The notes under the pieces: model-generated | Seen by the model: the letters and a program-made list of their open reading frames with translations, nothing else | Database searches by the model: none | What the model was told of the DNA's origin: nothing | Position numbers and translations under genes: made by a program | Shown: piece by piece, positions 48,282-58,273 of the stretch | How the letters are laid out: each line of letters begins with the position of its first letter | How positions within the stretch are numbered: the first letter of the stretch is position 1 | NCBI GenBank assembly: GCA_018817595.1 | Contig: JAHITU010000007.1 | Location: 8,775 to 72,774 of the forward strand | DNA length: 64,000 nucleotides | Source: Patescibacteria group bacterium | Lineage (GTDB): Bacteria > Patescibacteriota > Minisyncoccia > Phycocordibacterales > UBA12079 | Direction: 5' to 3'

Positions 48282-48851
48282 ATGTTTAAAATAAATCAAA
48301 TAGTATTTTTTTCAACAATGTTGTTTGTTATTCTTTTTGGTGGTGTTGCATTTGCTCAAAATCAACAATTAGAAATAAGAGATGGTGAGCTTTATCTTTT
48401 AGAAGGTTTAAAAGAAGATTCCAATATTGTTTTCAGAAGACAATATTACAGAGAACAAACAAGAAGTATTTATGAAAATAAAGAGTTGTTTGAGGATAAA
48501 GAACTTCTTCTTGTTAAAGATTTTAGTTTTGCTATAGATGAAGCTCTGGGAGTTGATTTTCCTACAAAAAAGAAAGAGCTTCTTCAGAAATATCAATACA
48601 ATATGTTAAAACAGAAAACTTCCTTTGATAAACTTTACGAAAACGGTTTATTAGATGAAAAGTTATATTTAAGATTTGTTTCTGATATTTTTGAACAAAG
48701 TTTACATGAATCAGCTTATGTTTTAAATGATGAGGAATTTTTCTTGTTATTTTGTATTAACAAAAATCAAATAGACGGACTTTTTTATGGAATTGCGAAT
48801 ATAGGGCGTCTTGATCATGAAAAGCTTGTTAATGATGAAAGAAAAAAATAA
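48282..48851 (+). CDS. secreted hypothetical protein
   Basis: Signal peptide and an RBS. Followed by a terminator at 48888-48910. Confidence 0.55.
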   Translation: MFKINQIVFFSTMLFVILFGGVAFAQNQQLEIRDGELYLLEGLKEDSNIVFRRQYYREQTRSIYENKELFEDKELLLVKDFSFAIDEALGVDFPTKKKELLQKYQYNMLKQKTSFDKLYENGLLDEKLYLRFVSDIFEQSLHESAYVLNDEEFFLLFCINKNQIDGLFYGIANIGRLDHEKLVNDERKK

Positions 48852-48907
48852 AATAAACATTTAATAAATTATTTTTTAACCTCTAGTGTTTGTAACACTA
48901 GAGGTTT

Positions 48908-49273
48908 TTAATCATTTGTAGAAAAACTTAATATAAAGCTCCCAATTATTATGAAAATTAAAGGTATTGTAATCATGACTATACCTATAGGAGATTTTGT
49001 AAATAAAAATAATATATTTTCTATACGAACATTCATAACAATTAAAGCGGATAATCCTGAAAAGATAAATATTTTACCGGCGAGACGAGGACTGTTTTTG
49101 ATAAAAAATAGTGCAATTATTGAAAAAAGTGAAATTATTAAAAATAATATTCCTGTGATAAATTCCTTTGTTTGAACACCCCCAGAAAAAGCATAATAAA
49201 ATAAGCTTTGGAGTGAGAAAATTAAAACACTAAGAATCCCAAATATATATATTAAAAATTTTTTATTTTTCAT
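48908..49273 (-). CDS. small 4-TM membrane protein
   Basis: 121 aa. Four hydrophobic helices. Confidence 0.55.
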   Translation of the reverse strand: MKNKKFLIYIFGILSVLIFSLQSLFYYAFSGGVQTKEFITGILFLIISLFSIIALFFIKNSPRLAGKIFIFSGLSALIVMNVRIENILFLFTKSPIGIVMITIPLIFIIIGSFILSFSTND

Positions 49274-49334
49274 CTAAATAAATTATAACACACATATAAA
49301 ATAGTTAAATATAATTATGGTATAATAAAATTTA

Positions 49335-50690
49335 ATGAAAAAGAGAATAATCATTTTAATATTTGCTATTATAATCCTATTTATTTCTTGGAATATGATA
49401 AGCAGAAATAGTGGTGTTAATTATATTGTTCAAAGTGAACAAATAAAATCATTAAATTGGAATAATGTCGTTCCAGATATAACAGAACCAGTATTTGAAG
49501 AAAGAGAGTTTTTAATAAAACCAGAAGAATATATTGAAATAACACTTTGTGGTAAAAAAGTAGAAGCTGAAAACGTTGTTTTTGGTGGTTTTAGTTTTAC
49601 TAAAGCTTTTGAGAGAATTGTTAAAGAAAATGTTGAGGCCAGTTTTTGTGGAAATGAAGGTAATTTGAATCTTGATTTTTATGATAGAGTTCTTGGTGTT
49701 ATAGTCAAAGAACAGAGATGGAATCAAATAGAAAATAATATTGATTATATTCCTGAAAAATACGGACCAACTAATATGTATGTTATGTCTTTATATTCTA
49801 AGTCTGACAAAAATCAATTGAGTGATTCTTTTAGTCGAACTAGTTTTGTTTATAAATTTGATTTTAATAAAAAAGAGGTTTTATTACAAATGGCTATTGA
49901 TGGAAGTTTCCGCAAAGTAGGTTTGATTAAAGAAAGTGATTTTAATGATTCATTAAAATCACTTTCAGTAGTTGATGAATTAAAAATTCGTTTCAAAAAT
50001 ATTGATAAAACATCAGATATTCAATCAGACCAATCAATTATTTGGTGGAATGATGAGAATGGTTATAATCTTAATTTTCCAGCCAATGAATCATTTTTTG
50101 TAGCAAAAGAAGAAAAGAATCATATTGACCAATCGCTTATTGCCTATGAATATTTTTATAAGGAATTGGCTTTAGTTAAACAAGTATTTACAAACAGAGG
50201 TTTTATTTTAAATAAAAACAATTCTTCTGATGATTTTACAGATAATCGTTTTTATGATTACATTCAAGCCTATGAAAGAGGAAATGAATTATGTGTTGTG
50301 TTGGTTAATTTAGATTGTACTTCATATAGAAGTGGTAATTATGACAAAGCTTGTCATTTAGTTTTGTCTTGTGGAAATTCTTTAGAGGAAGCCCAAATAG
50401 AACAAATCCCTCTTTTAAACGCCTTAGATTATAAAAATAGAAATAATATTGCTATGATTAGAAACCAATTAGGTGATTTTTATGAAGTAATTGTAAGTGG
50501 ACGGCGAGGGGGTTCAACAGCTATTATGAAAAAAGAAGGTGAGAATTACAGAGTTTTATATATAAGCCAAGAAGATCCATTTTGTAGTCTAATAGAAGAA
50601 GAAAATATACCCAATGAAGTTTTAAAAGCATTTGAAATAAATGGTTGTTTTGGTGATAATGGAAGTAATTATAAAAGATTTAATGAGTAG
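49335..50690 (+). CDS. large secreted/membrane-anchored hypothetical protein
   Basis: 451 aa, N-terminal signal anchor, several Cys. Confidence 0.55.
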   Translation: MKKRIIILIFAIIILFISWNMISRNSGVNYIVQSEQIKSLNWNNVVPDITEPVFEEREFLIKPEEYIEITLCGKKVEAENVVFGGFSFTKAFERIVKENVEASFCGNEGNLNLDFYDRVLGVIVKEQRWNQIENNIDYIPEKYGPTNMYVMSLYSKSDKNQLSDSFSRTSFVYKFDFNKKEVLLQMAIDGSFRKVGLIKESDFNDSLKSLSVVDELKIRFKNIDKTSDIQSDQSIIWWNDENGYNLNFPANESFFVAKEEKNHIDQSLIAYEYFYKELALVKQVFTNRGFILNKNNSSDDFTDNRFYDYIQAYERGNELCVVLVNLDCTSYRSGNYDKACHLVLSCGNSLEEAQIEQIPLLNALDYKNRNNIAMIRNQLGDFYEVIVSGRRGGSTAIMKKEGENYRVLYISQEDPFCSLIEEENIPNEVLKAFEINGCFGDNGSNYKRFNE

Positions 50691-50698
50691 AGAATAAA

Positions 50699-51025
50699 AT
50701 GAATTATTTAACTTTAATTGTCGTTGGAATAGCAGGGGTTATTGTAGGGTCTTATTTTGGAATGCAGAAAGGGAATGGTGGAAAGAAAAATATACTTTCA
50801 AAACAAGCTGAAGCTAAGATCGAGAACAAACAAAAAATTTTAGAATTTTTAAAAAATAACGAAAACCTGCCTGCCGGTGAGGCAGGAATCACTAACAATA
50901 ATGTTGAGGAATTATGTTCTGTTTCCAATGCCACAGCAGAAAGATATTTAGATGAGTTGGAAAGGGAAGAAAAATTAGTTCAACATGGTAAAATAGGGAC
51001 AGGTGTATTTTATACGTTAAAATAA
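50699..51025 (+). CDS. TM-anchored winged-helix DNA-binding protein
   Basis: N-terminal TM. C-terminal wHTH (ATAERYLDELEREEKLVQHGKIGTGVFYTL). Contains the in-frame GC-rich palindrome CCTGCCTGCCGGTGAGGCAGG. Confidence 0.5.
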   Translation: MNYLTLIVVGIAGVIVGSYFGMQKGNGGKKNILSKQAEAKIENKQKILEFLKNNENLPAGEAGITNNNVEELCSVSNATAERYLDELEREEKLVQHGKIGTGVFYTLK

Positions 51026-51112
51026 GAACACTTTAATCAATTAACTCAACGAGTTGAGTTAATTAAAAAGGGAAGGATAACTTAAAATATATTAAAAATG
51101 TTAAAATAAAAT

Positions 51113-51748
51113 ATGTTAGTTTTTATTGATGAATCCGGAGATCCAGGATTAAAAATGAATAGCGGTTCAAGTCGGTTTTTTACTATTGCTTTGGTAGTAT
51201 TTGAAGATTATGATGAGGCTACTAATTGTGATAGAAGAATTGAATTATTAAAGAAAGAATTAAGTTGGAGTGATAATTCAGAATTTCATTTTAAGAAAAA
51301 CTCTTTAAGAGTTAGGGATTCGTTTTTTAAAGCTGTTATGCCTTATAATTTTTTCTATTATGGTATTGTCATAAACAAAGATCCTAACAAACTTTATGGA
51401 GAAGGTTTCAAGAATAAATCTTCTTTTTATAAATATGCATGTAGTCTTGTTTTTGAGAATGCAAAAGATAAATTAAGTAAATCAATTGTTGTTATAGATA
51501 AAAATGGAAATAATGAATTTCGTAATCAATTAGCTAAATATTTAAGAAGAAAGATGAACATTGATAAAAAGAAGATTAGAAAAGTTAAGATGCAGAAATC
51601 TGAATCCAACAATTTGTTACAGTTGGTTGATTATGTTGCTGGGGCAATAAATAGATCTATTGTTAACTCAAGAAAAGATTCTCAGGTTTTTAGAAAAATG
51701 CTTAGTCGTAAAGAAATGTATGTTCAAGTGTGGCCAAAAAAAGAATAA
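51113..51748 (+). CDS. DUF3800 family protein
   Basis: N-terminal MLVFIDESGD and C-terminal LQLVDYVAGAI motifs, both characteristic of DUF3800. Confidence 0.65.
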   Translation: MLVFIDESGDPGLKMNSGSSRFFTIALVVFEDYDEATNCDRRIELLKKELSWSDNSEFHFKKNSLRVRDSFFKAVMPYNFFYYGIVINKDPNKLYGEGFKNKSSFYKYACSLVFENAKDKLSKSIVVIDKNGNNEFRNQLAKYLRRKMNIDKKKIRKVKMQKSESNNLLQLVDYVAGAINRSIVNSRKDSQVFRKMLSRKEMYVQVWPKKE

Positions 51749-51954
51749 AAGAAAACCACCGAACCTATCCTTGCGGAACGCAGTGATAAACACTACAGTT
51801 TGGTTCGGTGGCACTTCCTTAATTGAAACTATAACATTTTATATCAAAAAATCAAGTAAACTGTGGATAACTAAAACATTGTAAATAAAATTTAAATTAG
51901 CTCTAAAAGAGCAGAACGGCTCAACGACTTGAGCTATTTAAAATAAATGAAAAT

Positions 51955-52632
51955 ATGAAAAAAATATACTTAAAAATAATATTATGTTTGTTTATTTTTA
52001 TACCTTCTTTTTCTTTAATATCCGCTTCAAGCTTGAATGATTTTGACTTATTTTTAAGTAAAAAAATATATAATGACTGTAAAGACCAAAAAATCAATTT
52101 AAGATCTAATTCTACTTTAGGTATTTTATTAGTGGAATATTTTAATATAGAAAAGATAACACCTGATTTAGAATTTATTTCTATAGAACCTAAACAAACA
52201 AATATAAACACAGTAATAGAATGGATATCTAGATATAAACCTTATGCAACTTATATTAATTACCCCGAAAATCCACAATTATATGAAGGTCTTAATAAAT
52301 TAGGGTATAAATCAACACAGGGTAAAGAGTTTTCTTTTTATTCTGATGGGCTTAATATTTTTAATTGTGGAGGTAAAAATATGGATATTAATGGAACTCA
52401 ATATTTTTGGGATAAAGAACTTATTGAATTACCTAAGATAGAAAATTATTACGATAATAACTATACATTATTTGGTTTAAATATTATTCAAAATGGTGGA
52501 ATTACAATATTTGGAATTACTATTTTATCTTTTAGTATTGTGGGAGGTCTAACCTTTTTATCTATCGGATCACTACTTATTCCTTTTATTAGAAAAAAAT
52601 TTATAGTGATAATAAAACGAAAGGTAAATTAA
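51955..52632 (+). CDS. secreted protein with C-terminal TM anchor
   Basis: Signal peptide and a C-terminal hydrophobic anchor plus KKFIVIIKRK stop-transfer. Confidence 0.5.
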   Translation: MKKIYLKIILCLFIFIPSFSLISASSLNDFDLFLSKKIYNDCKDQKINLRSNSTLGILLVEYFNIEKITPDLEFISIEPKQTNINTVIEWISRYKPYATYINYPENPQLYEGLNKLGYKSTQGKEFSFYSDGLNIFNCGGKNMDINGTQYFWDKELIELPKIENYYDNNYTLFGLNIIQNGGITIFGITILSFSIVGGLTFLSIGSLLIPFIRKKFIVIIKRKVN

Positions 52633-52662
52633 AATAAAAATATAACACCTCAACGACTTGAG

Positions 52663-52875
52663 GTGTTAAAAATAACACAAATAACCCCAAAATCAGATGA
52701 AATTCGAGGAAGTGAGGGAAAATATTTTGAGTTTTTAAAAAGAGGTACGACTTCGGAATTGGTAAAACTAAACAAATTACTAAAGATTGCTGGTATACAC
52801 GTTAAGAAGTCGGACCTCGAAAACTTAAATATTTTCCAGAGGGCTGACGAAGAAGTTCGTTGGTTTTTAGATTAG
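52663..52875 (+). CDS. small hypothetical protein; a degenerate paralogous fragment follows at 52881-52960
   Basis: 70 aa. Downstream fragment ...SKLSEVRGGKKKYLE resembles ...KSDEIRGSEGKYFE. Confidence 0.4.
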   Translation: MLKITQITPKSDEIRGSEGKYFEFLKRGTTSELVKLNKLLKIAGIHVKKSDLENLNIFQRADEEVRWFLD

Positions 52876-53000
52876 GTTGTAAATAACTCAAAATTAAGTG
52901 AAGTTCGAGGAGGTAAGAAAAAATACCTTGAGTCGTATCGGGCATACGACGAAAGGTATTTTTTTGAAACCGACAATGAAATTCCTTAATTTTGGGTTAT

Positions 53001-56000
53001 TTACTTAAGTTCTTTTATTTTTTCGGCTAATAAAGATGTCTCATCATTCCTCTTCGAAATCTTCCCCTTAATCATCACACATTTTTCTTGTTCTAATAGT
53101 TCGGCGAATTCTTCATAGACTTTAGGGAAAACTACCACTTCTAATGACCCACTGAAATCAGACAGTCTCACAAAAGCCATTTTATCTTGTTTTTTCTTGG
53201 TTAAAATTACTTTGCATTCCTCAACTATACCTGCCACCACTGTGGTTACACCCTCTAGCATTTCCTTTTTAACTTTAGATAAATTACTTCGGCTCTTAGA
53301 AAGTTGTTGAGAGAATTTGTCTAAGGGGTGTCCTGAAATATACAAACCTAATAATTCTTTTTCCCAATTTAATTTTTCTTCCATAGTGGCTGATTCTGTT
53401 TTTTCAAGAGTGATTTCTGTCACACTGGTATCTGCTCCGAATAAGGAATCCTGTCCTTGAGGTTTAGAAGCAAAGTCTTTGGAGTATTGTAATAATTCAT
53501 ACATATTGTGAATTATTTGTTTTCTTTCACCCAGTTTATCCATCGCTCCGCACATAGTTAAGGCTTCAAGAGATCTTTTGTTCATATTTTTACCTTGCAC
53601 CCTCTCTAACAAATCTACCAAGGATTTGAATTTTCCGTTTTCTTTTCTTTCGGCAATTATTTCGTTAGCAATTCCTTCACCAAAGTTCTTTATTGTTTGC
53701 AGTCCAAAACGAATGGCTTCATTTCCAGATTCTCCTTTTACAATAGTAAAGTCAGTAAAGGACTCATTGATATCAGGCGGAAGCACCTCGATTTTCAAGC
53801 GTTTACATTCTGTAATTATTTCAGAAACTTTATCCACATCACCCGAATCCGCCATCAATAAGGCAGTCATATATTCAATAGGGAAGTTAGCCTTCATATA
53901 TGAAGTTTCGTAAGCTACTCGTCCATAGCTGGCTGAATGAGCTTTGTTGAATCCGTAGGCAGCGAAAGTTTCAATAGTCTCCCATAGCTTTTGTACAGTT
54001 TTTTGTTCGATACCATGATTAAGACAACCTTTAAAGAATTTTTCTTTTTCCTGTTGCATCATCTCTGGGATTTTCTTTCCCATCGCTTTTCGAAATTTGT
54101 CGGCTTCAGCCCAAGTATAACCAGCAAGGTTCACAGCAATAAGCATGACATCGTCTTGATAGATAATAATTCCATAGGTTGGTTTTAAAATAGCTTCAAG
54201 TTCAGGATGCAGATAGGTTACTTTAGAAGGGTTTTCCTTTCTCTCAATATAGTCAGGAATAAAAGCCATAGGTCCTGGGCGATATAAAGCTACCATCGCC
54301 ATGATGTCCCAAATATCTTTGGGTTTTAATTCCTTTAGATACTGAGTCATTCCTTGTCCGTTCAATTGGAAGGTCCCCAATGTTTCACCTCTGGCTAGCA
54401 TTTCGTAGGTTTTCTTATCTTGTAAATCAATATTATCAAAATCTACATCTATATTATGTATTTTTTTAACTAGCTTAGCTGCATTGGCTAAAATAGAAAG
54501 ATTCTTAATTCCCAAGATATCGAATTTAGGTAGATTAACCACCCCGTCACGATTACCTGTGTACATATCGTACTGAGTAATAATTTTTCCGTCTTTATCG
54601 ACTTGAATAGGGGTGTAATCATCAACTCGAGAAGGGGAGATAAGTACCCCTGCGGCATGGGTAGAAATATGACGGGCACAACCTTCAATTTTTTGAGCAT
54701 ACTTAATTATCTCTTGAACATCTTTATCTGATTTATGTAATTCTTGCAGGTCTTTTTCCATTTCTAAAGCCCGAGCGATTGTCATAGGAAAACCTTGGGA
54801 ACCCATCGGAATTAATTTGGCGATTTTATCTCCAAGGTCATAAGGGAAACCTAAAGCCCGAGTTACATCTCGCACAGAACCTCGAGCCGCCATAGTTCCA
54901 AAAGTCCCGATTTGAGCGACTGCTTTTTTACCGTATTTTTGTCGCATATAATCAATCACATCATCCCGACGAATATCGGCGATATCAACATCGATATCAG
55001 GGATTCCGGGGCGCCCAGGGTTCATAAATCGTTCAAAAGGAAGTTTTAATTCAAGAGGGTTAACCTTAGTAATAAAGTTTAAATAGGAAACTAGAGAACC
55101 AGCAGCTGAACCCCTAGTATTGGTAAAAATACCCACAGAACGAGAGTGATTAATTAAATCAGAAACAATTAAGAAATATGAAGAATACCCCTTGTCTTTA
55201 ATAATTTTTAATTCATATTCAATTCTATCCAAAACCTCTTTTGATTCTGGTAATCCTCTTTTAGAAATTCCTTCAAAAGTCTTTTTTCTTAAGTAGGAAT
55301 TGTAATTTTCTCCATCAGGAATATTTATATCAGGGAAATACCAAGAATCAATATCTAGTTCGACATTACATTTATCTACTATTTTAGAAATATTCTCTAA
55401 GGCTTCGGGAGTGTCTTTAAAATATTTATTAGCAGTTTCTTGATCAATAAAAGAAAAATCTTCTTCGTCATTTCTGTATTTTGAGTTAGAGGACTGGATA
55501 GACATTAAAATGTCTCGAGCTTTTTTATCGTCAGCATGCATATAGTAAACATCTTGGCAGGCTACCAATTCTAAATTCTCGTCCTTGGAAAAATCAATGA
55601 CTTTCTTTTTTAATTCTGTTTGACCTTCAATTTCTGGATGATGCACAATTTCCATATAGAAATTAGGGAAGGTTTTTCTGTACCAGTCTGTGCTTTCTTT
55701 GGCTTTTTCAACATCACCGTATTGCAGGGCTTTGAGGGCCTCTCCTCCAAATTGAGGCATTATACAAATTAGACCTTCTTTAAATTTTTCCATTAATTCT
55801 CGGTCTATTCTCGGTCGGTAATAAAAACCGTCAAGATATGACTTACTGACTAATTTAATTAGATTTTTGTAACCTTGCTCATTTTTGGCCAAAAGGATTA
55901 AACGGTTGGAACGATTGTCGATTCCAGGTCTTTTGTCATGTCGGGTTTTTAAAGCTACATAAAAGTCTACTCCTAAAATAGGTTTGATTTCTTGTTTGTG

Positions 56001-56165
56001 GCATTCTTGGTAAAACTCAATAGTCCCATACATATTCCCATTATCAGTAATGGCTAAAGCAGGCATATTATATTTTTTTGCTTGGGAAACCAATTCCTTT
56101 ATTTTGGGTAGTGCATTTAAAAGACTATAGTGACTGTGAGTGTGTAAATGAGAAAATTGTTTCAT
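53001..56165 (-). CDS. dnaE: DNA polymerase III alpha subunit
   Basis: PHP domain start MKQFSHLHTHSHYSLL, polymerase core, C-terminal OB fold. Start set at the second Met. Confidence 0.9.
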   Translation of the reverse strand: MKQFSHLHTHSHYSLLNALPKIKELVSQAKKYNMPALAITDNGNMYGTIEFYQECHKQEIKPILGVDFYVALKTRHDKRPGIDNRSNRLILLAKNEQGYKNLIKLVSKSYLDGFYYRPRIDRELMEKFKEGLICIMPQFGGEALKALQYGDVEKAKESTDWYRKTFPNFYMEIVHHPEIEGQTELKKKVIDFSKDENLELVACQDVYYMHADDKKARDILMSIQSSNSKYRNDEEDFSFIDQETANKYFKDTPEALENISKIVDKCNVELDIDSWYFPDINIPDGENYNSYLRKKTFEGISKRGLPESKEVLDRIEYELKIIKDKGYSSYFLIVSDLINHSRSVGIFTNTRGSAAGSLVSYLNFITKVNPLELKLPFERFMNPGRPGIPDIDVDIADIRRDDVIDYMRQKYGKKAVAQIGTFGTMAARGSVRDVTRALGFPYDLGDKIAKLIPMGSQGFPMTIARALEMEKDLQELHKSDKDVQEIIKYAQKIEGCARHISTHAAGVLISPSRVDDYTPIQVDKDGKIITQYDMYTGNRDGVVNLPKFDILGIKNLSILANAAKLVKKIHNIDVDFDNIDLQDKKTYEMLARGETLGTFQLNGQGMTQYLKELKPKDIWDIMAMVALYRPGPMAFIPDYIERKENPSKVTYLHPELEAILKPTYGIIIYQDDVMLIAVNLAGYTWAEADKFRKAMGKKIPEMMQQEKEKFFKGCLNHGIEQKTVQKLWETIETFAAYGFNKAHSASYGRVAYETSYMKANFPIEYMTALLMADSGDVDKVSEIITECKRLKIEVLPPDINESFTDFTIVKGESGNEAIRFGLQTIKNFGEGIANEIIAERKENGKFKSLVDLLERVQGKNMNKRSLEALTMCGAMDKLGERKQIIHNMYELLQYSKDFASKPQGQDSLFGADTSVTEITLEKTESATMEEKLNWEKELLGLYISGHPLDKFSQQLSKSRSNLSKVKKEMLEGVTTVVAGIVEECKVILTKKKQDKMAFVRLSDFSGSLEVVVFPKVYEEFAELLEQEKCVMIKGKISKRNDETSLLAEKIKELK

Positions 56166-56310
56166 ATCACTATTATATATCATTGATACAAAAAGTAGAA
56201 ATTTGATAAATGTTTATAAGATTAAAGAATAATAAGGCTCAAAAAACTTCATAATTTCTTTATCTTTTCTTTATTAAAAATTTATATGTAATTTATTAAA
56301 ATATAAGCAT

Positions 56311-56871
56311 ATGAAAAAACCTTTATTAATAATTCTTTTAGGTCCTGTCAGTGTAGGGAAAACTACTATTGGAGAAAAGGTATCTAAGGAATTAAATTTA
56401 CCCTTTATTAACAAGGATTCATTAAAGGAAGTGATTTTTGATACTAATGGGTGGAGGGATAAAGAATATTCTAGAGAAATTGGAAATACTGCTTATTCTA
56501 TTTTATATCATTTTACTAATTGTCTTTTGGGAAACTCCTCTGCTGTTATAGTAGAGGCTAATTTCTTACCTAAATATGCCAACAACAAATTAAACAATTT
56601 AATAAAAAAATATAATGCACATGCTATTCAATTAAATTGTTGGGCTCAAGAAGGTGTTTTAATAAAAAGATTTAAAGAGAGAAATAAATTAGGTTATAGA
56701 CATCCGGGACATTGTGAAGATTTTATTTTTAATGATATAAAAGATTCCTTGAATAGAGGAAGGGTTGAGAGTTTAGATATCGAGGGAGAGGTCTTAAATA
56801 TAGAAACAACTGATTTAAATAAAATTAATTATACAGATTTGATAAATCATATAAGTTCAAGAATTTATTAG
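56311..56871 (+). CDS. P-loop NTPase/kinase-like protein
   Basis: Walker A LLGPVSVGKTTIG. Small nucleotide-kinase fold. Confidence 0.55.
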   Translation: MKKPLLIILLGPVSVGKTTIGEKVSKELNLPFINKDSLKEVIFDTNGWRDKEYSREIGNTAYSILYHFTNCLLGNSSAVIVEANFLPKYANNKLNNLIKKYNAHAIQLNCWAQEGVLIKRFKERNKLGYRHPGHCEDFIFNDIKDSLNRGRVESLDIEGEVLNIETTDLNKINYTDLINHISSRIY

Positions 56872-56926
56872 AATCTTCACTAAAAACATTGCATTTTTTT
56901 TGAAATAGTCTATAATTCTAACCTAT

Positions 56927-57226
56927 ATGTCATCAAGAATGAGAATAACAAGTGGTAAAGCACGAACTCGTCGCTCTCACCACGGAATAGACGCTCCTAG
57001 ATTATCCACATGTGTAAAATGTGGTTCATTTCATTTGCGTCATAGAATGTGTGATACTTGTGGAACTTATAAAGATCGACAAGTTATCGATATTAATGCT
57101 AAAATAGAGAAGAAGAATGAAAGAAGAGTTGCTAAAATGAAATCTTTAGGTATTGACCCTAATGCTAAAGATAAAAAAGAAGCACCTCTAGATGTTAAGA
57201 AATTGTCTGAAAAGAAGAAAAAATAG
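56927..57226 (+). CDS. rpmF: ribosomal protein bL32 with Lys-rich C-terminal extension
   Basis: RRSHHG...C..CG..H..H..C..CG.Y zinc-ribbon L32 signature. Confidence 0.7.
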   Translation: MSSRMRITSGKARTRRSHHGIDAPRLSTCVKCGSFHLRHRMCDTCGTYKDRQVIDINAKIEKKNERRVAKMKSLGIDPNAKDKKEAPLDVKKLSEKKKK

Positions 57227-57317
57227 ACTTATTTATTAAAATATTAATAGGACACCTCCCGCATAGCTTTTTATGGATGAATGACTGCTATTTTGGAGGT
57301 GTTTTTAATTTTAAATT

Positions 57318-58235
57318 ATGTTAGATAGACATTTATTGAGATCAATAGCTTTACAGTCCCTTTTCGAATGGGATATTAGAAAGGATGAAAAAGAAAAAGA
57401 GGATATACAGGACATCCTTAGGAAAAATCTAAAAGATTTTGCTCAAACTGAAAATATTCCTCCTTTTATTGAAAAAATTATATCTTGTGTTTTTGAGAAA
57501 TTACAAGACGTAGATAATATTATTCAACAAGCTGCTCCTCAGTGGCCTATTGATAAAATTCCGGTAGTGGATAGAAATATTTTAAGAATTGGAATCTGTG
57601 AACTTTTGTTTTCTGATAGAGGAGAAGTTCCGCCCAAGGTCGCAATTAATGAAGCTATCGAATTAGCCAAAGCTTTTGGTGGGGAAAATAGTAGCAAATT
57701 TATTAGTGGAGTGATGGGGACTATTTATAAAGAATTAGGAGAACCTCAAAAACACGAGACTAGTGAATCCAGAAAGAAACAAATTGATACTGAAAATTTA
57801 CCATCCCATTATCTAGCTGGAGTAATGATTTATGCTAAGAATGAAGACCATTATGAAGTAATGATGGCTCACAATATTTTTGGTTACTGGACTTTATTAA
57901 AAGGGAAGGACGAAGAAGGGATGACTGCCAAAGAGAACATTATTACAAAAACAAAAAGAAAAACTGGTTTAGATATTAAACTTCAAGATAAAATTGGTGG
58001 AAATGAATATATTGCCTTTCATACAGAAAACGGACATATCAAGAAAAAATTAGATTATTATTTAGCTGAAACGGAATATCAAGAATTACATTTAGAGGAG
58101 GATTCAAAAGAAAAGAAAGGAATAGATGAGATTAAATGGTTTAAATTAGATGAAGTAGAAAAGCTAGAATTATATGATGATATGAAAGAAGTTATAAAAG
58201 AAGGGATTAAGGTCTTGAAAGTTAAAAAAGATTAA
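57318..58235 (+). CDS. nusB: NusB-like antitermination factor fused to a C-terminal domain of about 170 aa
   Basis: The N-terminal 135 aa match NusB (LRSIALQSLFEWD...DRNILRIGICELLF). The C-terminal half is an extra domain, possibly Nudix-like. Confidence 0.65.
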   Translation: MLDRHLLRSIALQSLFEWDIRKDEKEKEDIQDILRKNLKDFAQTENIPPFIEKIISCVFEKLQDVDNIIQQAAPQWPIDKIPVVDRNILRIGICELLFSDRGEVPPKVAINEAIELAKAFGGENSSKFISGVMGTIYKELGEPQKHETSESRKKQIDTENLPSHYLAGVMIYAKNEDHYEVMMAHNIFGYWTLLKGKDEEGMTAKENIITKTKRKTGLDIKLQDKIGGNEYIAFHTENGHIKKKLDYYLAETEYQELHLEEDSKEKKGIDEIKWFKLDEVEKLELYDDMKEVIKEGIKVLKVKKD

Positions 58236-58273
58236 GGCTTTACTTTTCCAAACTTAAACTATAAACTAACAAA

